Notes under the pieces: generated by a model
What the model was told of the DNA's origin: nothing
Seen by the model: only the letters and a program-made list of their open reading frames with translations
Database searches by the model: none
Shown here: in pieces, positions 1 through 9,542 of the stretch
Position numbering within the stretch: the stretch's first letter is position 1
Layout: every line of letters starts with the position of its first letter
Translations under genes and position numbers: made by a program
Assembly (NCBI GenBank): GCA_965197905.1
Contig: CBDAOB010000003.1
Coordinates: forward strand, 576,001 to 640,000
Source: Candidatus Latescibacterota bacterium
GTDB taxonomy: Bacteria; Latescibacterota; UBA2968; UBA8231
Direction of reading: 5' to 3'
Length of the DNA: 64,000 nt

Positions 1-39
1 GGAGAAGATCGAGGAAAGGGTCGAGACCGAGAGCTAGTG

Positions 40-330
40 CTATTCCTCCTGCACGAGTCTTTCCACGATTTCAGGACAGTCGGGCGCTAAATTGTCTCGT
101 TCGTTGTTGCGTAAATCGTAGAGTATGGGCGGTCGCTCCCGCTGCAGTCGGGCTGCCTTCTCAGGCGTGACCACCATCGGTTCCAACTGAAACCCGCCCG
201 TGCGCAATTTCGGATCGTACCCCAGGATCAACTTGAACCGCCCATCGTAGGCCAGTCGCCACGATCCCAACCCCGAAGCAGCAGCCTTTCGGTGATATTC
301 CTCCTCGCCCGACAACGTCGCGAAACAGCT
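40..330 (-). pseudogene. C-terminal fragment of a sulfatase-family protein
   Basis: SGLGSWRLAYDGRFKLILGYDP...ILYDLRNNERDNLAPDCPEIVERL resembles sulfatase C-termini. The N-terminal catalytic domain is absent and replaced by phage-like sequence. Confidence 0.6.
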
Positions 331-354
331 TGAAGACGAACTCCTGAAGCTCAT

Positions 355-510
355 CTATCGGAACCAACTTCTCGCGATGGGATCGATCTTCCCAGTCTGC
401 GAATCCTTCTCAATCTTTCCCTGGCTCAGCCATTTCCGCACCATCGCCTCGCTGGCACCTCGCTTCTTGGCGTACGCACGGTTGGACAGGTGTTCGGCGG
501 TATCAATCAA
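355..510 (-). pseudogene. Phage-like winged-HTH / terminase small subunit (Nu1-like) N-terminal remnant, 51 aa, not in ORF track
   Basis: Hand translation: LIDTAEHLSNRAYAKKRGASEAMVRKWLSQGKIEKDSQTGKIDPIARSWFR. Resembles the 'S.RAYA.HRGVS..AV.K....GRI......IDP' prophage motif. Confidence 0.5.
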
Positions 511-559
511 AGGGATAACTCCAAGCTACCGGGAAGCCGTCACCTCCCCGGCAGCCCAG

Positions 560-601
560 AACACGAAAACGGGCACCGCACGCGTGGCGACGGCACCCGT
601 T
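560..601 (-). terminator. Intrinsic terminator
   Basis: Minus-strand stem AACGGGTGCCG/CGGTGCCCGTT (11 bp, 2 G-U pairs), 12-nt loop, followed by TTCGTGTT. Confidence 0.65.
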
Positions 602-625
602 ATTTCGTTGAAATGCTCAAATGCT

Positions 626-654
626 AACTAAGACGGGCACATCCTCTCTGTCAA
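626..654 (-). promoter_or_regulatory. Putative sigma70 promoter
   Basis: TTGACA (654-649), 17-18 nt spacer, weak -10 TTAGTT/TAGTTA, pointing into the terminator at 560-601. Confidence 0.4.
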
Positions 655-814
655 GACAGGGTTGTGAGAGCGCAGAATTTGCTTGGTGCTATTAATCTCG
701 AAATCTATCTTGGGGAAATGGATTCGATCAGTACGTGCGGGCGACGGCCTGACGCGTGTTGACGAGATTCTTCTTTGCCAATCCTGATCGAAACCGCCAT
801 CCAACGAGACGAGC

Positions 815-3800
815 ATGATCGGGGAAGCTGGAAACCCGGGACACACGGTGTCCGTACGGTCTAGTTCCGGATCGAGTCTGATCTTTCCAGCCACGGTTTT
901 TCTTACTGCGGCCATTATTGGTATCGCTGCTGCTGTCTCGCAGGCCGAATCTTTGCCCCTCTTCATCAGCGCGGACCACGGCGCCGGAGATGCTCGCGAA
1001 ACGAAAGCGCACCAGCCGCTATGGTTCGAAGTCGGCGATCCATCGTGGCAACCCAGGATTCAACCGCGCGGAGATCTCAGCGGTGAAACAACGGTCCGCG
1101 TTCGTTTTCCGGTACCCGCCAAGAAAGCGCCCATTCGCTTCGGCATCCCACTCGGCCAGGTACCCTCGGCTCGAAACGTCGCTCTCTTCGACGACGCCGG
1201 CCGCGAGATTCCGGCGGACGTGTTCCCTCTGGTCAACTTCGACACGTCAGCGCTCAACTGGGTGCTGATCGCCGCGGTGCTGGATGCCCGTGTCGCCGGT
1301 GAAGCGGAGCTAACGATTCACTGGGGACCCGAGGTGAAACGTTCCGATCCGCAACGCCAGATAAGGACCGTCGAATCGGACACGGAGGTGCAGTTCGCTG
1401 CAGGCGCAGTGGAATTCACCTTGTCCGGCGCTAATCTGATCTCTGACATTCGATCATCTACGGGCCAGCAGTTCTTCGGCGCGACCGGCGGAAGAGTGGG
1501 TTTCGAAATCAAGGGAAGACCTACGGCTAATTCGGCCCCTCTTGGTGTCTATCGCCAGGAGCGGGACGAGGCTGCCATCGTGAAGCTGTTCGATGGCCCA
1601 CACTACAAGAGGTACCGAGTATCATCCCGATTTTTTCACAGCCAACGGCTCAACCGACCATTTCGGTTGCACTTCGAAGTGGAGACCTGGGCGGACAGCC
1701 CCTACCTGATGGTCCACTCCCGCTTCATCAACGAAACCTTCAAGGAAACGATGAGCGATCTGGTCCTGTTCGCTTTTGCGCCCGGCGGCGCCAACCATAC
1801 GGCCGCAGTATCGGGCGTTGATGAGGACGAATTTTCAGGAGGGACGGAGATGTCGGTACGCCAGCGCCGCGATGAGTGGGTGGTGCGCGCGGACGGCGCC
1901 GACTTGGCTCGCGGACTCGAAAACGATCTGGGAGAGTGGGCGCGGATCGCGCGAGACGGCGAGGCCGTTACCCTGGTGGTTCCCGATTTTCAAGGCTTCG
2001 GTCCCGCGGAGCCCGATCTCGAATCGGTCCTGAGCGCCACTGCAGGCGGTGGCCTGGAGCTGCGGCATTACAGCCCGCTCAATAGCGGAACGAACACTGG
2101 TGGTACGATCACCTTCTGGAACTCGGCGGCGCGCACCTTCCGCATGGCGCTTCATGCCGGCCCCGACTCGCTCTCGGGCCCCGCCGTAGCGGTGCCGATC
2201 AGGCAGCTGCCCTCAATTCAGTACGACCGTGCGTTTCTCACGTCACAGGGTACCTTCGCCGAAGACCGCGTCACCCGCATTTACGACCAGGTCACGCTGG
2301 AGGGCACTCGTTACTTCGACCGCGCCCGGGCGTTGCGACAGGATTACCCGCGTCTGGGACGGGGAATGCCTCCGCAGAAAGGGGAGGGATTCGAGAAGCC
2401 GTTCACCAATACCGGCGGCATGCTGTTCGGCGAGGTCTGGCAATACATGGAGCCGAACGGCGCCTGGAACAAGAGTTGGATTCCAAAGCAGAAGAGCGAG
2501 GGCAATCTGCCCCACTGGTACGAGCCGGTGGACCGCGCCGGTTTCGCCACCTACCGGGTCGGTGATCACTCCATGGCGATGGCCTACAGTTACCTGCGCA
2601 CCGGCGATCGCCAAGTCTTCGAGATCTTCCGCGACCATTCCTTGCTCTATGCTGATTGGGCCGTCTCCCATCCCACCGGCAGCGTCCACTATTACGCCAA
2701 CTGGACCGGGAAACCTCACGTCTACGTGCGGTTGGCGGGACCGATCATCGCCTATCTGGTGGACGGCGACCCGTGGCTGTTGGAAACGGCCGAGCAAATG
2801 GGTGCCTACCTGGTGCGGCAGTGGAACGGGAAAAACCCGTCCGATCGCGAATCCCGCTCTGCCTATCCCATCCGTGGATTGACCTGGCTCTACGAAGTGA
2901 CCGGACATCGGGGTTACTGGAACGATGCCGTCGACCGCGTCTTGTGGTTCATCGACGGCGCCCTAACCGACAGCGATCAGGTTCGCGGCGTCGTCAGGGA
3001 AAACGATCGACTGAGCATGTTGTATGCGGGATACGCCCTCGTAGGATTGAGCAATGTCCACGAGCGCACCGAAAACGAATCGCTGTTGGCTTCCATGAAG
3101 AGGGTGGGGGATTGGCTTATTCAGGTTCAAGGCAAGTACGACGGTCCCTTCACTGTCAACACAGGCACCTGGGCGGCGGACGAGAAGCGCGGCTCGCGAA
3201 CCATGGTGGGTCCCGGCAATGTGGGAACGACAACTCTCTGTGCAGAGGTCCAGAGCTACCTGGCCCAGGTAACCGGGGAGCAGAGATATTTCTACAGCGG
3301 CGCAGCGGCGTGGGCGAACATCGTGACCGCCAGTCGCCACAACTGGATCAAAGGCGGGTTGCCGATGCAGACGGAAAACCGCTGGCGCACCGGCACCTGG
3401 TCGGATAAGCTGGCTCCCTACCTGCATCGGATGCCGGCGCTGGCGACGAAACATGGGTGGCCGTTCGTGGTCGAAGGTGTGTTCGATCCCAATGCGGCGG
3501 AAGGTCAGACCGTCGTGGTATTCGTCGGCGCCGAAGGCCGTTTCGAGAACGACACCCTGGTTCAGCCGATGTTTGCAGGGAACAAAGAGCCGGTCCGGAT
3601 CCCGTTGTGGTCCTCCGCCACACCGACCGAAATGCGCTACAACGGCGAAGCAATCGAATTCTCAACTAGGAATGGCGACGGTGTCACTTACCTCACCTTG
3701 CCAGGTGAGGCCGAACCTGGTATCCTCGAGGTGCGGTTCCGTGGTACGGGCAACACGAGTGTGAAATCGCACGAAGCGGGTCTGCCCGGACGGTTTGTCT

Positions 3801-4066
3801 TGGAACAGAATTACCCAAACCCGTTCAACGGTGGTACGGTGATTCCTTTTGCAGTTCCAGATGAGACCGAGATTGCGCTGGAGGTCTACAATCTCGCCGG
3901 CCAGCGATTGGTAACCCTCCGGCACGGGCCAGTTCAACCGGGCCGGCACGAGGTGCACTGGAATGGCCGACACGCCAACGGCCGGCGACCCGCCAGCGGC
4001 CTCTACCTCTATCGTCTGTGCGTCGGACAGAGGGAGCAGGTGCGCAAGCTTCTCTTGATACAGTAG
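815..4066 (+). CDS. Large secreted protein: PcRGLX/YetA-like (PL26-like) lyase region plus C-terminal T9SS/FlgD-Ig sorting domain
   Basis: 1083-aa ORF with hydrophobic signal ending SQA. N-terminal 'FGIPLG...LFDDAGREIPA...NWVLI', helical-barrel-like middle, C-terminal 'LEQNYPNPFN...VYNLAGQ...WNG...SGLYLYRL'. Start uncertain. Confidence 0.75.
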   Translation: MIGEAGNPGHTVSVRSSSGSSLIFPATVFLTAAIIGIAAAVSQAESLPLFISADHGAGDARETKAHQPLWFEVGDPSWQPRIQPRGDLSGETTVRVRFPVPAKKAPIRFGIPLGQVPSARNVALFDDAGREIPADVFPLVNFDTSALNWVLIAAVLDARVAGEAELTIHWGPEVKRSDPQRQIRTVESDTEVQFAAGAVEFTLSGANLISDIRSSTGQQFFGATGGRVGFEIKGRPTANSAPLGVYRQERDEAAIVKLFDGPHYKRYRVSSRFFHSQRLNRPFRLHFEVETWADSPYLMVHSRFINETFKETMSDLVLFAFAPGGANHTAAVSGVDEDEFSGGTEMSVRQRRDEWVVRADGADLARGLENDLGEWARIARDGEAVTLVVPDFQGFGPAEPDLESVLSATAGGGLELRHYSPLNSGTNTGGTITFWNSAARTFRMALHAGPDSLSGPAVAVPIRQLPSIQYDRAFLTSQGTFAEDRVTRIYDQVTLEGTRYFDRARALRQDYPRLGRGMPPQKGEGFEKPFTNTGGMLFGEVWQYMEPNGAWNKSWIPKQKSEGNLPHWYEPVDRAGFATYRVGDHSMAMAYSYLRTGDRQVFEIFRDHSLLYADWAVSHPTGSVHYYANWTGKPHVYVRLAGPIIAYLVDGDPWLLETAEQMGAYLVRQWNGKNPSDRESRSAYPIRGLTWLYEVTGHRGYWNDAVDRVLWFIDGALTDSDQVRGVVRENDRLSMLYAGYALVGLSNVHERTENESLLASMKRVGDWLIQVQGKYDGPFTVNTGTWAADEKRGSRTMVGPGNVGTTTLCAEVQSYLAQVTGEQRYFYSGAAAWANIVTASRHNWIKGGLPMQTENRWRTGTWSDKLAPYLHRMPALATKHGWPFVVEGVFDPNAAEGQTVVVFVGAEGRFENDTLVQPMFAGNKEPVRIPLWSSATPTEMRYNGEAIEFSTRNGDGVTYLTLPGEAEPGILEVRFRGTGNTSVKSHEAGLPGRFVLEQNYPNPFNGGTVIPFAVPDETEIALEVYNLAGQRLVTLRHGPVQPGRHEVHWNGRHANGRRPASGLYLYRLCVGQREQVRKLLLIQ

Positions 4067-4247
4067 TACCCGCCAGATCTTCTTCTCCAGCTCTGCCTGG
4101 GATTGAACGCCCTCGCATGTACCATTGGTGCGAACTAGGCACGCACCTTTTCTCCGTCAGATCTCCTGATCTCGCGCGATCTATCTCTTTGTCGCGGTTG
4201 CACTTACCTGTCCACGCTGATCAACTTGCACCAGACAGGAGTTCGGT

Positions 4248-5240
4248 TCAGACCTCCAGCGCGCGCTCCACATCGATGCGACCGGCGGCGACCGCGCCCC
4301 TAAAATGCTCGACGGTATCGCGCACCCCGTCCCCCAGCGAGCGCCAGCGGATTCCCGGTATGGCCGCATTGAGGGCAGAATCATTCACGTCATCGGGATG
4401 GGGCAGAATCTGTGGATCGTAGCTGATGCGTCCCCGGGATTCGGGAACTACCGTCTCGATGGCATCGACCACCTCCTGCATCGGCGCCGCACTCCCACCC
4501 AGATTGAAGACCGGAGCCCCCTCGAGGCGCGTGCGCGCTGCAAGAATCATGGCGGCTGCCACGTCGTCGGCATGGTGAAACACCAGTTGACTGCCGTAGG
4601 TGATCCGATATCCCCGTCCGATGGCCGCGGCCAGCATCGCTTTGGTGGGAGTCGAGGTCCAACCCTGATCACGCCCGGGACCGTATACGACACACGGTCG
4701 CAGGCCGATGCTATATAGTTGCTGCTCGCGCCAGTAGATGGCTGCCGTACCCTCATTGGCCTGCTTGAAAACGGCATATAAACTTGGGGGTGTAAGGGGC
4801 GCGTCGTGGGCAATTGGTCCCGGCGGATAGTTCACCGGATCCCCGTAGACCGCGAACGAGCTAGCGTAGACCAGGCCCTCTACCTGATCGGTGTGCCGGT
4901 GAGCAGTTTCCAGCACGACGGTAGTACCCACCACATTTACCCGAGCCCCACCAACCGGATCGGCGCGCACCAGCGGTACCTGCAAGGCAGCCAGGTGAAT
5001 GATATGGCTGATGCCGTTTTCCACCACGACCCGATCGAAATGGTCGGCGTCGGTGATGTCGCCATCCACCTGCTTGACCTGCAACATGGTTTCGTCGTCC
5101 ATCACGAGCCGGAAGCGGTGGGGATCCCCGGGAAGATCATACGTCCACACCGGTACACCCTCGGCCACCAGCCTGCGTACCGCCCACGCCCCCACACATC
5201 CGTAGGCCCCGGTGATCAGGAATCGTTCCTCCGCCATCAC
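4248..5240 (-). CDS. NAD-dependent epimerase/dehydratase (extended SDR)
   Basis: ITGAYGCVG Rossmann motif, HLAA, YASS, YAVFK (YxxxK), YGPG. Confidence 0.9.
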   Translation of the reverse strand: MMAEERFLITGAYGCVGAWAVRRLVAEGVPVWTYDLPGDPHRFRLVMDDETMLQVKQVDGDITDADHFDRVVVENGISHIIHLAALQVPLVRADPVGGARVNVVGTTVVLETAHRHTDQVEGLVYASSFAVYGDPVNYPPGPIAHDAPLTPPSLYAVFKQANEGTAAIYWREQQLYSIGLRPCVVYGPGRDQGWTSTPTKAMLAAAIGRGYRITYGSQLVFHHADDVAAAMILAARTRLEGAPVFNLGGSAAPMQEVVDAIETVVPESRGRISYDPQILPHPDDVNDSALNAAIPGIRWRSLGDGVRDTVEHFRGAVAAGRIDVERALEV

Positions 5241-5479
5241 CTATCTCACTCCGGAATCTTCATGAAATTCAAACGCTTCGGGGTAAATCATCAAACTCAC
5301 ATCGCGCGAGTAACTAAAGCTACTTCTACGGGCGTGCAAGCACCCGAGCCCGGCCCGGCTTGACTCACTCTTCGCCGTTGGCGTAGGTTGGACGGCCGGA
5401 GATGCGTGCCCGCATCAGGTTCCGGCGAATTCAGTGTTGATACACCGGTCACACAACAAACGAACACAACCGATCTGAC

Positions 5480-6013
5480 ATGCCAGACACCTCACAGCTT
5501 CCCCACCTGTTGAAGCTGCTCGATGACGAGTCGGCGACCGTACAGAAAGCGGTGGCCGGTGCCCTGGCAGCGTTCGGGCCGGAGCTGTACGCAGAGCTTG
5601 GACGACTATCTGCACCCCCCGATGAGTTGCAACTGCTGCAGATTCGCCAGTTGGTCGCAGCCCACGCCGAGGACATTGCCCCGGAGGATCCGGACGCTTC
5701 GGAACCACACTTTCGCCCGGGACAGCTGGTCAAACACCGCCGGTACAACTATCGGGGCGTGGTTGTGGATCTGGACCAGAGCTGCCAGGCCGACGACGAT
5801 TGGTACCTCGCCAACCGCACCCAACCCGGGCGGGACCAACCGTGGTACCACGTCCTGGTGCACGATTCGAACCAGGTCACCTACGCTGCGCAGACCAGCC
5901 TCGAGGAAGATGACTCACAGGCAGAAATCGCACATCCTCTGGTGCCCCACTTCTTCTCCGACTTCGGTAATGGCGAGTACCTCCGCAACGACACGCCCTG
6001 GCCCCGTTCGTAA
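5480..6013 (+). CDS. hspQ: HspQ/YccV-family protein with N-terminal helical extension
   Basis: FRPGQLVKHRRYNYRGVVVDLD...QPWYHVLVH...TYAAQTSLE...HPLV..FF. Confidence 0.85.
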   Translation: MPDTSQLPHLLKLLDDESATVQKAVAGALAAFGPELYAELGRLSAPPDELQLLQIRQLVAAHAEDIAPEDPDASEPHFRPGQLVKHRRYNYRGVVVDLDQSCQADDDWYLANRTQPGRDQPWYHVLVHDSNQVTYAAQTSLEEDDSQAEIAHPLVPHFFSDFGNGEYLRNDTPWPRS

Positions 6014-6034
6014 CCGTCCCGCTTATCGACAACC

Positions 6035-6475
6035 TCAGGAAGCAGTCGTTTTAGGCTGTACCAGGTTATCCGGTAGCTCCCGCACGAAATCGTGAATCTC
6101 GTCACGCACCCGGCGATAATGTGCGAGCCCCGCTTCTTCTGACGTCGCATCTTGGGCAAGCCGAGGCGGATCGTCAAAGGGAACGTGTACTAGCGTGCTG
6201 CCGGGAAAGACGGGACACTTTTCTTGGGCTTCATCGCAAACCGTTATTACATAATCGAACGCAACGCCGGCGAACTCTTCCACCTGTTTGGAGCGATGCT
6301 GCCCGATATCAACCCCGGCTTCCGCCATCACCTTCACGGCGTTGGGGTTCAAACCGTGGGTCTCGACGCCCGCCGAATCTGCTTCAACCTCCGTGCTCTT
6401 GAGAGCTCGTGCAAACCCTTCCGCCATCTGACTGCGACAGGAGTTTCCGGTGCACAAGAACAGGATCTTGACCAT
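6035..6475 (-). CDS. arsC: Arsenate reductase, LMW-PTP family
   Basis: ILFLCTGNSCRSQMAEG, TVCD...CPVFPG, FDDP, RRVRDEI. ATG at 6475. Confidence 0.92.
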   Translation of the reverse strand: MVKILFLCTGNSCRSQMAEGFARALKSTEVEADSAGVETHGLNPNAVKVMAEAGVDIGQHRSKQVEEFAGVAFDYVITVCDEAQEKCPVFPGSTLVHVPFDDPPRLAQDATSEEAGLAHYRRVRDEIHDFVRELPDNLVQPKTTAS

Positions 6476-6561
6476 TTCGAAAAGTAGAGCTGCTTGAAAG
6501 CTTTGTCTAAATTGACTCCCAGGGCAGCCATGACGGTCACGAAGCTTCGAGGTTTGCAACC

Positions 6562-7344
6562 ATGAACGAAAATCAGCGGGTCCCGATTCTGGTCTACCAC
6601 CACGTCTATTGCGAGGGTGAGCCGGAGTTGAAGTTTGTCGGTGATGGGGCCGGTATCATCGGTGAGGAAGAGTTTCGCGCACAGATTCAGTACGTGTCCG
6701 ATAATGGCTGGTCTGTGGTTTCCACGTCGCAGGTTGCCGACTGGCTTTTGGGGGAGGGTGACCTGCCAGAGCGATCTGCGGTGTTGCATTTCGACAACGG
6801 CTGGTCGGATACGATTGAAGTCGCCTTCCCGATTCTCGAAGGACTGGGCATGACAGGAACCTGTTTCCCGATCACCGACGGCATCGAGGCCACCTCCGCG
6901 GGGGGCACGGCCGCCGTGCGCACCTTAACTGAAGGTGTAGTGAGCAAACCGTTCATGACCTGGGATCAACTGCAACAGCTGCTGGATGCCGGCTGGGAAA
7001 TCGGGGGGCACACCGCCACTCATTGCAAGGTTGCCGACAAACACGAAACCGACGGCGACGCCGGCGTCGTCGAGGAAGTCCGGTTATCCAGCGAGCTCTT
7101 CGAACGGCATCTCGATCATCGTCCGGTTCATTTCGCCTACCCCAGCGGCTCGCGCAACGATGCGACCGATCGCGTCCTGGCCGAGTTCTACCGGACGCTG
7201 CGGTTGTGGCACGTGGAAGATCCAATCGAATGGAGCTTTACCGATCGCAGCACCTCTCTGCAGGCGATCGATTGTCAGAATATCGATTTGAAGGTCCCAT
7301 TCCCAGAGTTCACGCGAATTTTTGAAGAAGCTGGAGTCCCATGA
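6562..7344 (+). CDS. Polysaccharide deacetylase (CE4/NodB-like)
   Basis: PILVYHHV, LHFDNG (variant of TFDDG), EIGGHTATH, FAYPSG. Confidence 0.85.
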   Translation: MNENQRVPILVYHHVYCEGEPELKFVGDGAGIIGEEEFRAQIQYVSDNGWSVVSTSQVADWLLGEGDLPERSAVLHFDNGWSDTIEVAFPILEGLGMTGTCFPITDGIEATSAGGTAAVRTLTEGVVSKPFMTWDQLQQLLDAGWEIGGHTATHCKVADKHETDGDAGVVEEVRLSSELFERHLDHRPVHFAYPSGSRNDATDRVLAEFYRTLRLWHVEDPIEWSFTDRSTSLQAIDCQNIDLKVPFPEFTRIFEEAGVP

Positions 7345-8207
7345 AAAAACGAAGGATTCTACTGACCGGAGCAGCCGGTTATCTGGCCGGACGTATGTTA
7401 TCCCAGCTGGGCGAACGCTACGACCTGGTTTTGTTGGATCGCAAGACGGAAAACCGGGAGGGCGACGAAGTGCCCGGGGTTGAGGTGGTGGATCTGATCG
7501 ACCGGAACCGCGACAACTACCGTCAGTTTTTCCGCAGCGCGGACGCGGTGGTTCACTGCGGGTTCACCCGCGAGCCCGATCCGAATGCCTATTGGGGCGA
7601 GGCGGACAACATCAACATGGCTTACAACGTCTACCACACCTGCGTTGAAGAGAAGGTGAAGCCCGTGGTCTGTTTCAGCTCAAACCATGCCACCGATTTC
7701 TACGAGCGGCTACTTTGGGAGAATAAGATCGGCTTCATCACCCCGGATCTCCCGCCTCTGTCTGATAACTTCTACGGCTGGGCGAAGGGGGCGTACGAAG
7801 GGCTCGGCTTCGTCTTCGCCACTGGCAAGATCGGCGGCGTGAAGCTGGAGGTCCTCCAGCTCAGAATCGGGGGTCCGCGGGAGACCGACATCGATGACTT
7901 CCGCACCAGGAATGCCGGCCTGGGTGGAGATTTGAAAAGCCTACACCGCGCCCTGGGGGCCTATCTGAGCGTGCGCGACCAGGTGCAGCTGGTGGTCAAG
8001 AGCCTCGAAACGGAGAACATCGACAACGAGCACGGGATCCCGTTTCAGGCGTTCTACGGTATCAGCGGCAACTCTCACAACTTCTGGTGCCTTGCCAATG
8101 CTCGCGAAGTGATCGGCTATGCGCCGGAAGACAACAGCCAGATCCGTTTCGCCGACAAACTCTCCTCCATTCTCGTGGAGGCTCAAGCCGAGGCGGACAC
8201 CCCATGA
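7341..8207 (+). CDS. NAD-dependent epimerase/dehydrogenase (uronate dehydrogenase-like)
   Basis: LLTGAAGYLA, FSSNHA, YGWAK, LRIG, YGISGN. ATGA overlap with upstream gene. Confidence 0.85.
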   Translation: MKKRRILLTGAAGYLAGRMLSQLGERYDLVLLDRKTENREGDEVPGVEVVDLIDRNRDNYRQFFRSADAVVHCGFTREPDPNAYWGEADNINMAYNVYHTCVEEKVKPVVCFSSNHATDFYERLLWENKIGFITPDLPPLSDNFYGWAKGAYEGLGFVFATGKIGGVKLEVLQLRIGGPRETDIDDFRTRNAGLGGDLKSLHRALGAYLSVRDQVQLVVKSLETENIDNEHGIPFQAFYGISGNSHNFWCLANAREVIGYAPEDNSQIRFADKLSSILVEAQAEADTP

Positions 8208-9463
8208 ACTCGAGCGCAAAAGTAAAGAGCGTTGAACGTTTCCTGGTGCAGATCCCCATCATCGATCGCGTGCGGCGGGAGATGGAACGGGCCGACATCC
8301 ACACCTGGTCCGAGCTGGAAATGACCCGGGTGGAAACCGACGGGGGCATCGTCGGCTGGGGTGAAACGGTGCAGAACTACACCTGGGGACGGGTGAGCGA
8401 AGAAGAGCGCGCCATCGGGCGCCCGCCGGCGGAGCTGATGTGGGACGATTCTCTCGGAGCCGGTCTGCAGATGGCGCTCCTGGATGCAGCGGGCAAACTG
8501 GCCGGCGTCCCGGTCTACCGGCTGCTGGGCGCCAAGTGCCGTGACTGGTGCGCCATATCCTTCTGGGATCATGACATGTCCCCTGAACTTTATGCCAGGG
8601 AAGCAGTGGAGTCGGTGAACCTGGGCTACACCTGCATGAAGATCAAGACACGTCCGTGGCACGATGTGCGGGAGACCATCCGACAGATCAGCGACGCTAC
8701 CCCCGACCACTTCCACATCGACGCAGACTGGAACGGATTCCTCAACAACGCCTCCAACGCAGTGCCAGTGCTCAGGGAGCTGGAGCAGGCGTTTCCCAAG
8801 ATCAAGATCTTCGAGGACCCGATTCCGCGGAACGATGCCCCCGGGAATCGTTTCTTGCGCACCCAGATCGAAAGCGCCATCGCTCATCACTACGGGTCCA
8901 TTCCGGCGCGCACGGGGCTGGAAATGGGTGGCGTGTGCGATGGGTGGGTCATCGGCGGCGGGGTGTCCCGGATCACCCGCGACGCCCACGTAGCAGCGGA
9001 GGCCAACATGCCGTTTTTCCTACAGATGGTGGGTGCCGGCCCCACCACCACCCTATCGCTGCATTTGAGCGCGGTTCTCACCCATGCCCAATGGCCCACC
9101 GTCACCTGCCACGAGCTCTACGAACACAGCCTGCTGACCTCGCGCATTCCGGTGGTGGGCGGGCACGCTCGCGTGCCGGAGGGACCGGGCCTCGGTATCG
9201 AGATCGACGAAGCTGCGCTGGACCGCTATCGGGTTGAAGAGGCGGATCATTCCCTGCCCCACCGCCTGATCAAGCTGACCCGACCCGGAGGCGTCAACCT
9301 GTACTTTGCGACCCAACGCCAGATGTGGGAGTTCTTCGAGCTCGGCAACCAGCCGGTGGACGACTGGGGCTGCATCACGGAGCTGCTGGACGACGATGGC
9401 AGCGCCGAGTTCGACGACCTGCACCGGCGCGCTCCGGAATCGCCGGTCCTCGTCGGCCCCTGA
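8204..9463 (+). CDS. Mandelate racemase/muconate lactonizing enzyme family protein
   Basis: GIVGWGE, PVYRLLG, KIK, FEDP, PEGPGLGIEID. ATG at 8204 overlaps the previous stop. Confidence 0.9.
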   Translation: MNSSAKVKSVERFLVQIPIIDRVRREMERADIHTWSELEMTRVETDGGIVGWGETVQNYTWGRVSEEERAIGRPPAELMWDDSLGAGLQMALLDAAGKLAGVPVYRLLGAKCRDWCAISFWDHDMSPELYAREAVESVNLGYTCMKIKTRPWHDVRETIRQISDATPDHFHIDADWNGFLNNASNAVPVLRELEQAFPKIKIFEDPIPRNDAPGNRFLRTQIESAIAHHYGSIPARTGLEMGGVCDGWVIGGGVSRITRDAHVAAEANMPFFLQMVGAGPTTTLSLHLSAVLTHAQWPTVTCHELYEHSLLTSRIPVVGGHARVPEGPGLGIEIDEAALDRYRVEEADHSLPHRLIKLTRPGGVNLYFATQRQMWEFFELGNQPVDDWGCITELLDDDGSAEFDDLHRRAPESPVLVGP

Positions 9464-9542
9464 GCGATTGCGGTCGCAGGGTACTCACCCTATCATCAAT
9501 TGTGCGTGTCCTTTTCCAGCCCGACGTCGATTTCGAGAGATC

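Noticed and set aside
6035..6475. Arsenic resistance operon
   Set aside because: arsC is alone, with no arsR, acr3 or arsB adjacent.
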